Of a DNA stretch of 64,000 nucleotides, positions 37,618 to 46,032 are shown piece by piece. How positions within the stretch are numbered: the stretch's first letter is position 1; each line of letters begins with the position of its first letter. The DNA comes from a virus. Location of the stretch: the IMG/VR virus record IMGVR_UViG_3300048577_000559, one strand, 5' to 3'. A program made the translations under genes and the position numbers. The notes beneath the pieces are model-generated. The model saw nothing but the letters and a program-made list of their open reading frames with translations, was not told the DNA's origin and ran no database searches.

Positions 37618-39643
37618 GTCCGTGAAAATCGAAGCCCAGACATCCAGCGGCACGCGGATTCGTGTGCCTGTGCTGTTGGAGAAGAAGGATGGCCGCATCT
37701 ACTTCTGGGACGGCAAGGTCGGCACGAAGACCCGCTACGGATTGATGTCGGAAGTCAAGGCCATGCGCGGCGCGCATTTCCACGGCTACGACGATGAGGG
37801 CGAGTACGCCAAGATCAAAGTGTGGTCCGTGGACGACTGCCAGCGCAACCGTTTCCAGATCGGCTATCTCTGCGGCGAGGATGTCTACGCCTGGTTTGAC
37901 CGCCCGCTTCTGCGTCACGAGTACCGGTCGCTGACGCGCGGCGGCGTACCGCAGACCTTCATGCCGCATCAGGCAGACCTGGCCGACGCCGGCCTGACGT
38001 ACCACTACCAGATATTCGGTGCCGAAATGGGCACCGGCAAGACCCTGGCCGCCCAGATGGTGATTGAGAAGTCGGGCGTCGATCTGGTGTGGTGGGCAGG
38101 CCCAAAGACCAGCATCCCAAACATCAAGCGCGAGTTCAAGCTGTGGGGCTTCCCCTTCGACCGCATCCAGGTCGAGTTCTTCACCTACGAGGGGCTAGTC
38201 CGCGTGATGGACGAGTGGGACGGTTCGCAGACCTTGCCTCGGTGCTTCGTGGCCGATGAATCGAGCCGGTGCAAGAACGACACCTCGCAACGCTCCAAAG
38301 CCTGCCAGAAGCTCGCGGACCTGATCCGCGCAGAGTATGGCCACGAGGGCTACGTGATCGAGATGTCTGGCACGCCGTCGCCGAAGACGCCATGCGACTG
38401 GTGGAGCCAGTGCGAGATTGCCTGGCCGGGCTTCTTGAAAGAGGGCAGCCGCAGGGCGATGGAAGAACGGCTGGCCTTCATGGTCGAGCAGCAGTTCGAT
38501 GCCGGCAAGTTCAAGAAGCGGATCGGCTGGAAGGACGACGAACGGAAATGCGCCCAGTGCGGAGAGGCATTCGAGGAGGGACCGCACGAGTTGGATGGCC
38601 TAACGGAACCTGATGACTACCACAAGTTCGTCCCGAGCACGAACGAAGTTGCCTATCTCTACGACCGGCTCAAAGGGCTGGTCGTCATCAAACACAAGAA
38701 GGACTGCCTGCAACTGCCCGAGAAGCGATACCGCAAGATCGTCTGCAAACCGACCGCCAGCACCTTGCGCGTAGCCGAGGCCCTTGTCAGCGCCGCCCCC
38801 AATGCCGTCACCGGCATGACTCTGCTGCGGGAATTGAGCGACGGATTCCAGTACCGCGAACAGCAGGATGGTGTAACGAAATGCACGCATTGCACGGACG
38901 GCACGGCAGCGGAATGGGTGGACCCGGACGATCCCGAGGCCGCCTACCAGGCCATCGACCTGCTAGACCCAGAGTTGAAGGCCCGGTTAGTCAAGCAGAC
39001 CGTTCCTTGCCCGGCGTGCGGCGGCAAGCGGGAAGTACCGAGGATGGTCCGCGTGACACGGGAAGTCCCGTGCCCGAAGGACGCCGCCCTGAAGATGCTT
39101 CTGGACGAGAACGAGGAAGTCGGGCGGCTGGTGATTTTCGCCGGCTTCACGGGTTCCGTGGATCGCATCATCAGGCTGTGCCTCAAGGAAAAGTGGGACG
39201 TGGTGCGGTGCGACCAGGGGAACTTCCAAGTGTTCCGTGCCAAGAGCGACAGCCCGGATGGCACGCTGGCGACCGAGGAAGAGCCGCTGGATTACTGGGC
39301 AAATGTGGAGGGCCACGGAAAGGTTGCCTTCGTGGCCAACCCCGAGTCGGGCGGAATGAGCTTGACGTTGGTGGAGGCCCGTATGGCGGTGTACTGGTCC
39401 AACAGTTGGAAGCCCGAATACCGCGTGCAAAGCGAGGACCGCATCCATCGCAAGGGCATGGACGAGAACCTGGGATGCACCATTGTGGACCTTATCCATC
39501 TGCCGAGCGACAGCCGCGTGCTCGACGTGATTCGCGCCAACCGGAAGTTGGAGCTAATGACGATGGGCGAAATCCTTGAGGGCGTCGATTGGAAGGACGC
39601 TGGCGACGACGGCGAAATGTCGGTGGAGGAAGTGACGCCGTGA
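37607..39643 (+). CDS. SNF2-family helicase.
   Basis: Walker A GAEMGTGKT, DExx box FVADESSRCKN, and C-terminal helicase motifs (SGGMSLTL, QSEDRIHRKG). A Cys-rich insertion is also present. Confidence 0.7.
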   Translation: MSLESVKIEAQTSSGTRIRVPVLLEKKDGRIYFWDGKVGTKTRYGLMSEVKAMRGAHFHGYDDEGEYAKIKVWSVDDCQRNRFQIGYLCGEDVYAWFDRPLLRHEYRSLTRGGVPQTFMPHQADLADAGLTYHYQIFGAEMGTGKTLAAQMVIEKSGVDLVWWAGPKTSIPNIKREFKLWGFPFDRIQVEFFTYEGLVRVMDEWDGSQTLPRCFVADESSRCKNDTSQRSKACQKLADLIRAEYGHEGYVIEMSGTPSPKTPCDWWSQCEIAWPGFLKEGSRRAMEERLAFMVEQQFDAGKFKKRIGWKDDERKCAQCGEAFEEGPHELDGLTEPDDYHKFVPSTNEVAYLYDRLKGLVVIKHKKDCLQLPEKRYRKIVCKPTASTLRVAEALVSAAPNAVTGMTLLRELSDGFQYREQQDGVTKCTHCTDGTAAEWVDPDDPEAAYQAIDLLDPELKARLVKQTVPCPACGGKREVPRMVRVTREVPCPKDAALKMLLDENEEVGRLVIFAGFTGSVDRIIRLCLKEKWDVVRCDQGNFQVFRAKSDSPDGTLATEEEPLDYWANVEGHGKVAFVANPESGGMSLTLVEARMAVYWSNSWKPEYRVQSEDRIHRKGMDENLGCTIVDLIHLPSDSRVLDVIRANRKLELMTMGEILEGVDWKDAGDDGEMSVEEVTP

Positions 39644-40005
39644 GTTTTGTTGCGTGCGAGATTGTGTTGTCCAAAGGGCGATGGAACTATCCTCCGTCTT
39701 CCCAGCGGGTACGGCGAAAGTTATGGCGACTCTTCGAGGACTCGTTGCTTGCCGTGACCTTCCGTGATCCCGGCGACGACAACGTAATTGAAGCGGAAGT
39801 CAGTGTGGACGGCTGGGAGACGTGTGAACGGGCCTGCGACATCATCTCCCGAGCCTTCCTGGAATGGAAGCCTGAGTACGAGAGCATGATCGAAGTCGAA
39901 ATCCTCCGCGTGCCGGAAGGGCCTTTCGACGATCCGTTCGAGTACGTCCCGGACGAGTTCGATGACTGGGACGACCTCGGCGGAGTGCAACGAGTCTGGC
40001 ATTGA
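39642..40005 (+). CDS. Small acidic hypothetical protein.
   Basis: GTG start overlapping the upstream stop. Acidic C-terminus DDPFEYVPDEFDDWDDLGG. Confidence 0.3.
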
Positions 40006-40041
40006 TCTGCAAGACCTTTTCTAACCCCTGGAGTTGCAACG

Positions 40042-41004
40042 ATGAAGTACGTGCTGTTGGCCCTGACTCTGATCGCCTTGGCGGTCGCTCCGGCGGTCGC
40101 CGGTGTGCCCGATGATTTGCAGCGTGTGAGCGTCACCATCAAGGCCGGCCGCGCCCAAGGCTCCGGCACCCTCGTAACTCGGCAGGTGGGCGACGATACC
40201 GTGACCTTCATCTGGACGGCCGCGCATGTCGTCGATGGCCTTCGCACCACGCGCACCGTGGTCACACCGCAAGGAACCCCGAAAATTCTCGTCGAGTACA
40301 AGGACGCCGAGATCGTCCAGGAGCGGCAGCAAGACGGCCGCCGCGTGGGCGAAGTCAAATACGACTGCAAGATCATCAAGGTCAGCGATGCCGACTACGG
40401 TGAAGACTTGGCGGTGCTCATGGTCCGCTGCAAAGGGGCGTACCCCCTGAACGTCTGCGCCAAGTTCCGCAAAGACCCGAACTACATCCCGCCCATCGGC
40501 GTCGATCTGAGTCATTGCGGCAGTCTCCTGGGCCAGTTCGGGGCCAACAGCTACACAACCGGCGTGCTCTCCCAAGTAGGACGCACATTGCCCATGAGGG
40601 GTGCCAACGTCAAGGTCTTCGATCAGGTCACGACCGTCTCGTTTCCCGGCTCGTCCGGCGGCGGCATGTACTTGAAGGACGACGGCCTGTACATCGGCAT
40701 GTTGACCCAGGGCGTCATGCAGTTGCAGGGCTTCAACTTCATTGTCCCGGTGCGGCGCATCCATGCCTGGGCGAAGCAGTCGAAGATCGAGTGGGCTATC
40801 GACCCCACGGTGCCAATGCCCAGCTTGAAGGAGATCGACGCGATCCCCGTGGAAGACGCCGGCCAGTCGCCGGGCGGCTATCCCGACCGCAACCCGGTCG
40901 CCGGCCCCGACGAGCCGCCCGCTTTCAAGCCGCCATTCAACTTCGACAACGCTATCAACTGGGTCGAGCGACTGTTCAACCGCGCGGGCCGTCGGTCCTC
41001 TTGA
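40042..41004 (+). CDS. Secreted trypsin-like (S1) serine protease.
   Basis: Signal peptide MKYVLLALTLIALAVAPAVAG. His motif TAAHVV, Ser motif GSSGGGM, and a plausible Asp. Confidence 0.65.
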   Translation: MKYVLLALTLIALAVAPAVAGVPDDLQRVSVTIKAGRAQGSGTLVTRQVGDDTVTFIWTAAHVVDGLRTTRTVVTPQGTPKILVEYKDAEIVQERQQDGRRVGEVKYDCKIIKVSDADYGEDLAVLMVRCKGAYPLNVCAKFRKDPNYIPPIGVDLSHCGSLLGQFGANSYTTGVLSQVGRTLPMRGANVKVFDQVTTVSFPGSSGGGMYLKDDGLYIGMLTQGVMQLQGFNFIVPVRRIHAWAKQSKIEWAIDPTVPMPSLKEIDAIPVEDAGQSPGGYPDRNPVAGPDEPPAFKPPFNFDNAINWVERLFNRAGRRSS

Positions 41005-41131
41005 GGCCGTCCCTCTTGTTCTGCCCCTTGCTTTGCCTCTTGTGACCGACAGCACTTGAGCCGGGTGGCGGCGGGCAGCGCCACCCGGCCTCTCTTACAC
41101 CACCAACCGGCGAGGGCGATACGGAGAGACC

Positions 41132-42448
41132 ATGAAGCTGACAAAGAAGAAGGTTGAGAAGATCAAGACCGCCATCGTCGAAGGCGTCACGCAACCCGAG
41201 ATCGCCAAACGGTTCAAGATCAGCCGTTCCGTGGTTTCAGACATTGCAACGGGCCGGGTCCACAAAGACGTGGACTGGCCGGGCGGCCAGCCGCCGACGC
41301 CCAGGCGGGCCGGCGGCCAGCATAAGAACCTCCCAGACTACGACCCGACCGACAAGCGGGTCTTGGAGTTGGAGGCCGAGATCGTCCACCTGACCGAGGA
41401 GCGGAACCGTGAACGGCAAAAGGTCAAGGCCGGGGCGAAGATCGCGGGCCTGTTCAAGGCCGTCGTTGCGGAAATGGAACAACGCATCAAGCCGGTTGAG
41501 CCGTTGCCGCCGGCCTTTGAGTACCGCCGCAAGGCGCAGATCGTCGAGCACTGTGTCATGCACCTTTCGGACGGCCACCACGATCAGGTCGTGGTTCCCG
41601 ATCAGGTCGGCGGGCTGGAAGACTACGACTTTCCTGTCTCGTGTTGTCGTGCCGAGCGGTACGTCAACACGGTCGTGGAATGGACCCAGGACACCCTGGC
41701 CCCGACGTTCTATTTCCCCGTTCTGTGGGTGCTGGCCTACGGCGACTTCACCAGCGGCGAAATCCACAAGGCGTGCGAGCGGTCGTACTACCGCAACCAG
41801 TTCAAGAATTGCCTCGCCATCGGCCAGTTGCACGCCTTGATGTACCGCGACCTGGCCGCGCACTTCGAGGAGGTCCACGTCTTGTATTTGGCCGGCAACC
41901 ACGGCCGACGGACTCCCAAGAAGGATTATCTCGGCGCGCACGACAACTGGGATTACCTGGTCGGTGAGGTCGCTCGTCTGCATTGCCGTGGCGTGGAGAA
42001 CGTCCACTTTACGATTCCCGATGCGTGGAGCGCCAACGTCAACATCAACGGCGTCGGTTTCAACATCGCGCACGGCGACGACGTTCGCTCCAACCTGGGC
42101 ATCCCGTGGTACGGCATGGTCCGGCGGCAAAAGGGCCTGATCGCCCTGGGCGCGGCGGCCGGTGCCCAGCGTTGCCGCTATTTCTGTGTCGGCCATCATC
42201 ATGCCGCCAGCGTCTTGTCCGACGTGGATGGCGAACTGCTGGTCAACGGGTCATGGGTGGGCACCGACGCCTTCGCCTACAACTCCTTGTCCGGCTACCG
42301 CGAGCCGTCTCAGTGGCTTCATGGCGTCAATCCGAAGCACGGCATCACTTGGCGGATGAACTGCAAGCTGCGCCACGAGAACGAGAAGAACGGCCCCACG
42401 CGCTATTTGATCGACGGTGGCCGCGATGTGGGGCCACTGAAGATCTGA
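41132..42448 (+). CDS. HTH-domain protein fused to a calcineurin-like metallophosphatase.
   Basis: N-terminal HTH (TQPEIAKRFKISRSVVSDIATGRV). Phosphoesterase motifs VMHLSDGHHD, GNHG, GHHH. Confidence 0.55.
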   Translation: MKLTKKKVEKIKTAIVEGVTQPEIAKRFKISRSVVSDIATGRVHKDVDWPGGQPPTPRRAGGQHKNLPDYDPTDKRVLELEAEIVHLTEERNRERQKVKAGAKIAGLFKAVVAEMEQRIKPVEPLPPAFEYRRKAQIVEHCVMHLSDGHHDQVVVPDQVGGLEDYDFPVSCCRAERYVNTVVEWTQDTLAPTFYFPVLWVLAYGDFTSGEIHKACERSYYRNQFKNCLAIGQLHALMYRDLAAHFEEVHVLYLAGNHGRRTPKKDYLGAHDNWDYLVGEVARLHCRGVENVHFTIPDAWSANVNINGVGFNIAHGDDVRSNLGIPWYGMVRRQKGLIALGAAAGAQRCRYFCVGHHHAASVLSDVDGELLVNGSWVGTDAFAYNSLSGYREPSQWLHGVNPKHGITWRMNCKLRHENEKNGPTRYLIDGGRDVGPLKI

Positions 42449-42460
42449 CCCGGAGTAGAT

Positions 42461-42636
42461 CATGCCGATCCATCGCACAACGAAGAACGGGACGCCTGCG
42501 TTTCAATACGGCACAACGGGTGCCAAGTACACCTACACGCCCGGCAATGCCGCGAGCAGTGAGGCCGCCAAGAAGAAAGCCATCAAGCAGTCCCTCGCCA
42601 TTGCACGCCGCTCTGGGAAGCCTGCTCACCTGTAGA
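42461..42636 (+). CDS. Small hypothetical protein (58 aa).
   Basis: Short ORF MPIHRTTKNGTPAFQYGTTGAKYTYTPGN, not in the supplied track. Good coding look, lysine-rich C-terminus. Confidence 0.3.
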
Positions 42637-42650
42637 CCTGCGAGACGCTT

Positions 42651-42851
42651 ATGACCACATGCACCATCGAGCATCACCGGGACGGCGAGTGCGTCGAGAA
42701 GTGGAACGTCACGGAGGAAATGATCCAACGTGACGGTGACATGGCACGAGTCGTCTTCCCAGTAGGGCAGATCGTCATGGCCAGCTTTGACGAACTGCAC
42801 TTTTGCCTGAGTGACGGGCTGGACGTTTTGAGCGAGGTCCAGCAACGGTGA
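42651..42851 (+). CDS. Small hypothetical protein.
   Basis: 66-aa ORF in a run of small genes. Confidence 0.3.
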   Translation: MTTCTIEHHRDGECVEKWNVTEEMIQRDGDMARVVFPVGQIVMASFDELHFCLSDGLDVLSEVQQR

Positions 42852-43066
42852 GATACCGAGCACTGTTCATCGGCGGTCCTGTGGACGGGCAAGAGCGAGT
42901 CCTGGCGCATCGCAATCGCTACATCGGGATGCGCGACCAGCCGCAATGCGTCTACCGTCTGCTGTTTGCCTTCGGCGAGCCGCACACGCTGGTCTACTCG
43001 CTCTATGGCGTCGAGGAGACCTTGAACCGATTGTGGCACCGCTATGCGGGAGAAGACCATGCGTAA
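42848..43066 (+). CDS. Small hypothetical protein.
   Basis: 72-aa ORF with start overlapping the upstream stop. Confidence 0.3.
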   Translation: MRYRALFIGGPVDGQERVLAHRNRYIGMRDQPQCVYRLLFAFGEPHTLVYSLYGVEETLNRLWHRYAGEDHA

Positions 43067-43397
43067 GCTGGACCAGTTTTACGACCTGCTGCGGCTTGTC
43101 GCGCACAAAGACCCGTGGAGCGAGCAGGTGGAGTTCATGCTGCTTCACCACGTCAGCGGCAAGCCGCGAGCAGTCTGCGGCCCGCTGCAATTCGTCGAGA
43201 TTCCTGAAGGTGCGCAGGTCAACCCGACTTTCTGCCTCCACGGCCCCGAGGCCCAGGAACTAATGGACATGCTCTGGAACTGCGGGCTGCGCCCCACCCA
43301 GGGCGAGAGCAGCGCCGGGCAACTGGATGCCGTGGAACGTCACTTGGCCGATATGCGGGCCATCGCCTTCAACAAGCTGGAGATCCAACCGTGCTGA
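43059..43397 (+). CDS. Hypothetical protein.
   Basis: 112-aa ORF MRKLDQFYDLLRLVAHKDPW. Confidence 0.35.
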   Translation: MRKLDQFYDLLRLVAHKDPWSEQVEFMLLHHVSGKPRAVCGPLQFVEIPEGAQVNPTFCLHGPEAQELMDMLWNCGLRPTQGESSAGQLDAVERHLADMRAIAFNKLEIQPC

Positions 43398-43636
43398 GCA
43401 AATTGTGCTGGTGTTTCTGGCAACTTTTCCCTTGCACCTACCGGACCTTCTACGGCGACGAGTACGGCCGAATCCACTTTGCCGTGTGGAAGATGTGGTT
43501 CGGCCGGTGCTACCGGGTCAACGACGTGATCGTGGACACCTTCACCGCTGCATTGGACAGCACCCTGCGTCTCTTGGACGCGCTGTGTGCGGCCAACCGA
43601 ACCCGCGAGTGCTGCGGAGAGTGCCGCAGCAAATAG
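43391..43636 (+). CDS. Small Cys-rich protein.
   Basis: 81 aa with a GTG start. CWCFWQLFPC and C-terminal CCGECRSK. Confidence 0.3.
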   Translation: MLSKLCWCFWQLFPCTYRTFYGDEYGRIHFAVWKMWFGRCYRVNDVIVDTFTAALDSTLRLLDALCAANRTRECCGECRSK

Positions 43637-43660
43637 CCCCTTCATCAACAGGAAACACCC

Positions 43661-43888
43661 ATGCCCGCCGACAACCTGCGCTACCCTGAGTTGCCCGAGG
43701 ATCGGGATGACGACTTCGAGGGTGAAGACGATGAGTGGGACGACGACTTCGCGGACGAAGACGACCTCGACGAAGACGATCCGTACTTTGACGACGACGA
43801 TGATCTCGATGACGACGAGTGGGAGGACGAAGACGACGACTGGGACGACGAAGACGAGGAGGACGAGGAGGACGAGTACGGAGCATAG
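43661..43888 (+). CDS. Hyperacidic small protein (DNA-mimic-like, candidate anti-restriction).
   Basis: 75 aa, almost entirely D/E with interspersed W/F/Y (DDEWDDDFADEDDLDEDDPYFDDDDDLDDDEWEDEDDDWDDEDEEDEEDEY). Confidence 0.5.
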   Translation: MPADNLRYPELPEDRDDDFEGEDDEWDDDFADEDDLDEDDPYFDDDDDLDDDEWEDEDDDWDDEDEEDEEDEYGA

Positions 43889-43916
43889 TCGAGCCACCAT
43901 GCGTGGCAACGATACC

Positions 43917-43944
43917 CTCACCGTGGCCTCGCGGCCACGGTGAG
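43917..43944 (+). other. 12-bp perfect hairpin CTCACCGTGGCC-tcgc-GGCCACGGTGAG.
   Basis: Read directly from the sequence. No T-run follows. It lies between the acidic-protein gene and the tRNA. Confidence 0.4.
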
Positions 43945-43950
43945 AGCCGT

Positions 43951-44023
43951 TGTGGCGTAGTTCAGTTGGCAGAGCGGGTGCCTGTTGAGCACCGGGTCGC
44001 TGGTTCGAGTCCAGCCGCTACAG
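43951..44023 (+). tRNA. tRNA-Asn (anticodon GTT).
   Basis: Manual cloverleaf: acceptor TGTGGCG/CGCTACA, D-stem GTTC/GAGC, anticodon stem GGTGC/GCACC with loop CTGTTGA, T-arm GCTGG-TTCGAGT-CCAGC, discriminator G. Confidence 0.75.
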
Positions 44024-44044
44024 CCTCAATCTTGGAGACAGCCA

Positions 44045-44845
44045 ATGCCTATCTTCTGTGTGAGTGACCTGCATCTGTGCGACCGAGGCTACCGCGACAA
44101 CTTCGCCGTGGAAGGCCGCGAGGCCCGCTTCCACAGGTTCCTGGACTACGTGGAGGCCGAAGGCGGCCTACTGTATGTCCTGGGCGACCTGTTCGATTGG
44201 TGGCAAGTGAACCTGAGTCGGTCGATTCGTGCCTATCAAGACCTGCTGGCACGCTTGGCTCACCTCGGATCGCTGGGGGCCTTGTGGGTGGTCGGCAACC
44301 ACGATAACGCTTTGACCGATTTCGTCGGCAGCAACATCAAATTGCAGGGCCTCACTTTGCCCGCAATGTCCAGGGCCTTCGAGGCGACCATCGGCGGCCG
44401 GCAGTTCGCCTTTCTCCACGGCCACGAGTCCGACCCGTATTGCCGCGACGCCAACCCTGGCACCGGCGAGATTACGGCAATCATTTCCGGGCTGCTGGAA
44501 GACCGCAACCGTGGGCCGTTTTCGACGAATCATCATGCCGTGGAAGACCAGTTCGTCGGCACGTTGGAAGGGGCCTTGATCCTCTGGCGGAAGTTGACCC
44601 TCCAGCACGGCCGCATGGATGAAATGCTCGACGGCGTGGAAGCGTATCGCAAGGAGGCCGGGGCCGACGTGGTGGTCTACGGTCACACGCACGAGCCGGG
44701 CTGCATCGGCGACTACCACTTCAACACCGGCACCTGGGCAAGGACGAACGATACCTTCGTGCGGATCAACGACGACGGCGATGCAGCCGTCTGGGAGTGG
44801 CGGCACGATAACCGGCCTGTGTTGTTCTCCCGTGTATTGCGATGA
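44045..44845 (+). CDS. Calcineurin-like metallophosphoesterase.
   Basis: Motifs VSDLHL, GDLFD, GNHD, GHTH. Confidence 0.7.
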   Translation: MPIFCVSDLHLCDRGYRDNFAVEGREARFHRFLDYVEAEGGLLYVLGDLFDWWQVNLSRSIRAYQDLLARLAHLGSLGALWVVGNHDNALTDFVGSNIKLQGLTLPAMSRAFEATIGGRQFAFLHGHESDPYCRDANPGTGEITAIISGLLEDRNRGPFSTNHHAVEDQFVGTLEGALILWRKLTLQHGRMDEMLDGVEAYRKEAGADVVVYGHTHEPGCIGDYHFNTGTWARTNDTFVRINDDGDAAVWEWRHDNRPVLFSRVLR

Positions 44846-45666
44846 AGCCGCTGGAACAGTACCAGGCGTATCCCGTCCCGGCGGCGACCATCTACTGTGA
44901 TGCCACCTTCAACTGTCGTGGCGAGTTCACGCTGCAATCCGTCAAAGAACTGGCTGAGAGCATCGCCCAGGCAGGGCGGCTGATCTGCCCGGTCGCCGTG
45001 CAACCCTGGGCGCAAGAATCTGGCTGCCAATACCGCCTGATCGTTGGGCACCGCCGCTTCCGGGCCGTGACCGAGTTCCTGCGATGGATGGAGATACCGG
45101 CCTACGTCTGCGAGGGTTTGAGCGACCATGAAGCCCGGATGCTGAACCTGGTCGAGAACCTGCACCGCAAGAGCCTGAACATCCTGGAAGAGGCCCGTGC
45201 GATTCAGAACCTTTATCCCAACGGTGCGAGCGTGCGGGAGGCGGCCCGCGAGCTAAAGCGGGACACGCGATGGGTCTGGGTCCGCGTGCGGCTGTTGCGG
45301 ATGCCCGAGGCCATTCAGCAGAAGGCCGCCGCTGGCCTGCTCTCGCAGTGGAACCTGGACACGCTGGCTGGCATCGAGTCACTCGACGAGCAGATCGCGG
45401 CTGCCGACAAGATCGCGGAAGCACGGCAGCGCGGCAAGGGAAAGTTCCTGCCGGGTCTTGCCAGGACGTATAAACGCCGCCGAAGTGTCCGTCCGCGCGA
45501 AGAGATCAACCGCATGATCGAACGGATGTTGGCCGTTGGTATCAACGGCTTGCCGCCCCGCGTGGCCGCGTGGTGCGCGGGTCAGGTCTCCGACGAGGTA
45601 TTGCTGAAAGAAATCGAGGCGGCGACTCCAGAAAGCACGACAAATCCCGATCTCCCAGCGGAGTGA
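44842..45666 (+). CDS. ParB-like nuclease domain protein.
   Basis: LIVGHRRFRA (ParB box II GxRR) and a helix-rich C-terminus. Confidence 0.6.
   Translation: MKPLEQYQAYPVPAATIYCDATFNCRGEFTLQSVKELAESIAQAGRLICPVAVQPWAQESGCQYRLIVGHRRFRAVTEFLRWMEIPAYVCEGLSDHEARMLNLVENLHRKSLNILEEARAIQNLYPNGASVREAARELKRDTRWVWVRVRLLRMPEAIQQKAAAGLLSQWNLDTLAGIESLDEQIAAADKIAEARQRGKGKFLPGLARTYKRRRSVRPREEINRMIERMLAVGINGLPPRVAAWCAGQVSDEVLLKEIEAATPESTTNPDLPAE
45626..45663 (+). promoter_or_regulatory. Bipartite motif copy B: CTCCAGA-N16-GATCTCCCAGCGGAG.
   Basis: Exact half-sites with a 16-nt spacer. Located within the 3' end of the ParB-like gene, 9 nt before the 45673 ATG. Confidence 0.45.
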
Positions 45667-45672
45667 CATCTG

Positions 45673-46032
45673 ATGAACACGCCGATCAAGCCGCCGGCTG
45701 AGCCAGGGATCGACATACGAAAACTGAAAGCGGATACCACCATCCTCTTGGAGGCTGACCCTTATCTCTATGAAATGCGGGTCATGTACCCGGTCCACGG
45801 CATTGTGGAGATCAGTTCGAGCGATCCCGCGCTGCGGGTTGCCACCGTGGGGCAAGTGCTCCACAGCTTCCATTGGTCGAGTCCGGCAGCGCCGATCCCT
45901 TCCTGGATCGGCAAGGGCCTCACCCTGGAAATCCGGTTCCGCAACGGCCTCTACCGCACGAAGCCGGTCACGGCCGCCAGCATCCAGGGAAAGCGCGAAG
46001 ACGGCAGCCGTTGGTCCTACGAGGTTTTGTAA
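45673..46032 (+). CDS. Hypothetical protein.
   Basis: 119-aa ORF upstream of the DNA polymerase. Confidence 0.35.
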   Translation: MNTPIKPPAEPGIDIRKLKADTTILLEADPYLYEMRVMYPVHGIVEISSSDPALRVATVGQVLHSFHWSSPAAPIPSWIGKGLTLEIRFRNGLYRTKPVTAASIQGKREDGSRWSYEVL

